From a bacterium (GTDB lineage: Bacteria; Hinthialibacterota; Hinthialibacteria; Hinthialibacterales; Hinthialibacteraceae): DNA of 31,622 nucleotides. The DNA lies in contig JBHGBC010000055.1 of the NCBI GenBank assembly GCA_041946805.1, positions 1 to 31,622 of the forward strand. The letters are read 5' to 3'. The position numbers were made by a program, and so were the translations under genes. A model generated the notes under the pieces. The model saw only the letters and a list, made by a program, of their open reading frames with translations. It was not told the DNA's origin and did not search any database. Positions 31,581 to 31,622 of the stretch are shown in pieces. Every line of letters begins with the position of its first letter. Within the stretch, counting starts at the first letter, position 1.

Positions 31581-31622
31581 CAGGATGGTCAGGATTATCA
31601 GGATTATCAGGATTATCAGGAT
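31581..31622 (+). repeat. 9-bp tandem repeat (CAGGATTAT)n, running off the window end
   Basis: CAGGATGGT CAGGATTAT CAGGATTAT CAGGATTAT CAGGAT. Confidence 0.85.

Overview
GC-rich bacterial chromosomal window. Housekeeping genes are secA, gmk, hslV-hslU, a hisN-like phosphatase and pepA. Accessory genes include a histone deacetylase-family enzyme, an MFS transporter, an isolated mtaB-like methyltransferase, a Tat-exported isomerase-like protein, a GH32 hydrolase, a cyclase, a c-type cytochrome lipoprotein and several secreted proteins. Main observations: (1) a c-di-GMP-I (GEMM-I) riboswitch with an overlapping terminator (predicted ON switch) precedes an AT-rich secreted protein with an internal duplication; (2) a BlaI / M56 (BlaR1-like) pair carries an AT-rich beta-propeller sensor inside a GC-rich gene, with a non-canonical palindromic operator candidate; (3) the intergenic DNA is dense in several REP-like hairpin families, some packaged in two TIR-bounded MITE-like families that share one hairpin and form a chimera; (4) two partnerless toxin-antitoxin genes are bounded by identical 39-bp REPs; (5) one secreted protein ends in a possible sorting motif (VSIRDWSLF); (6) two genes are frameshifted. 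All family calls come from motif recognition by eye. No database searches were run.
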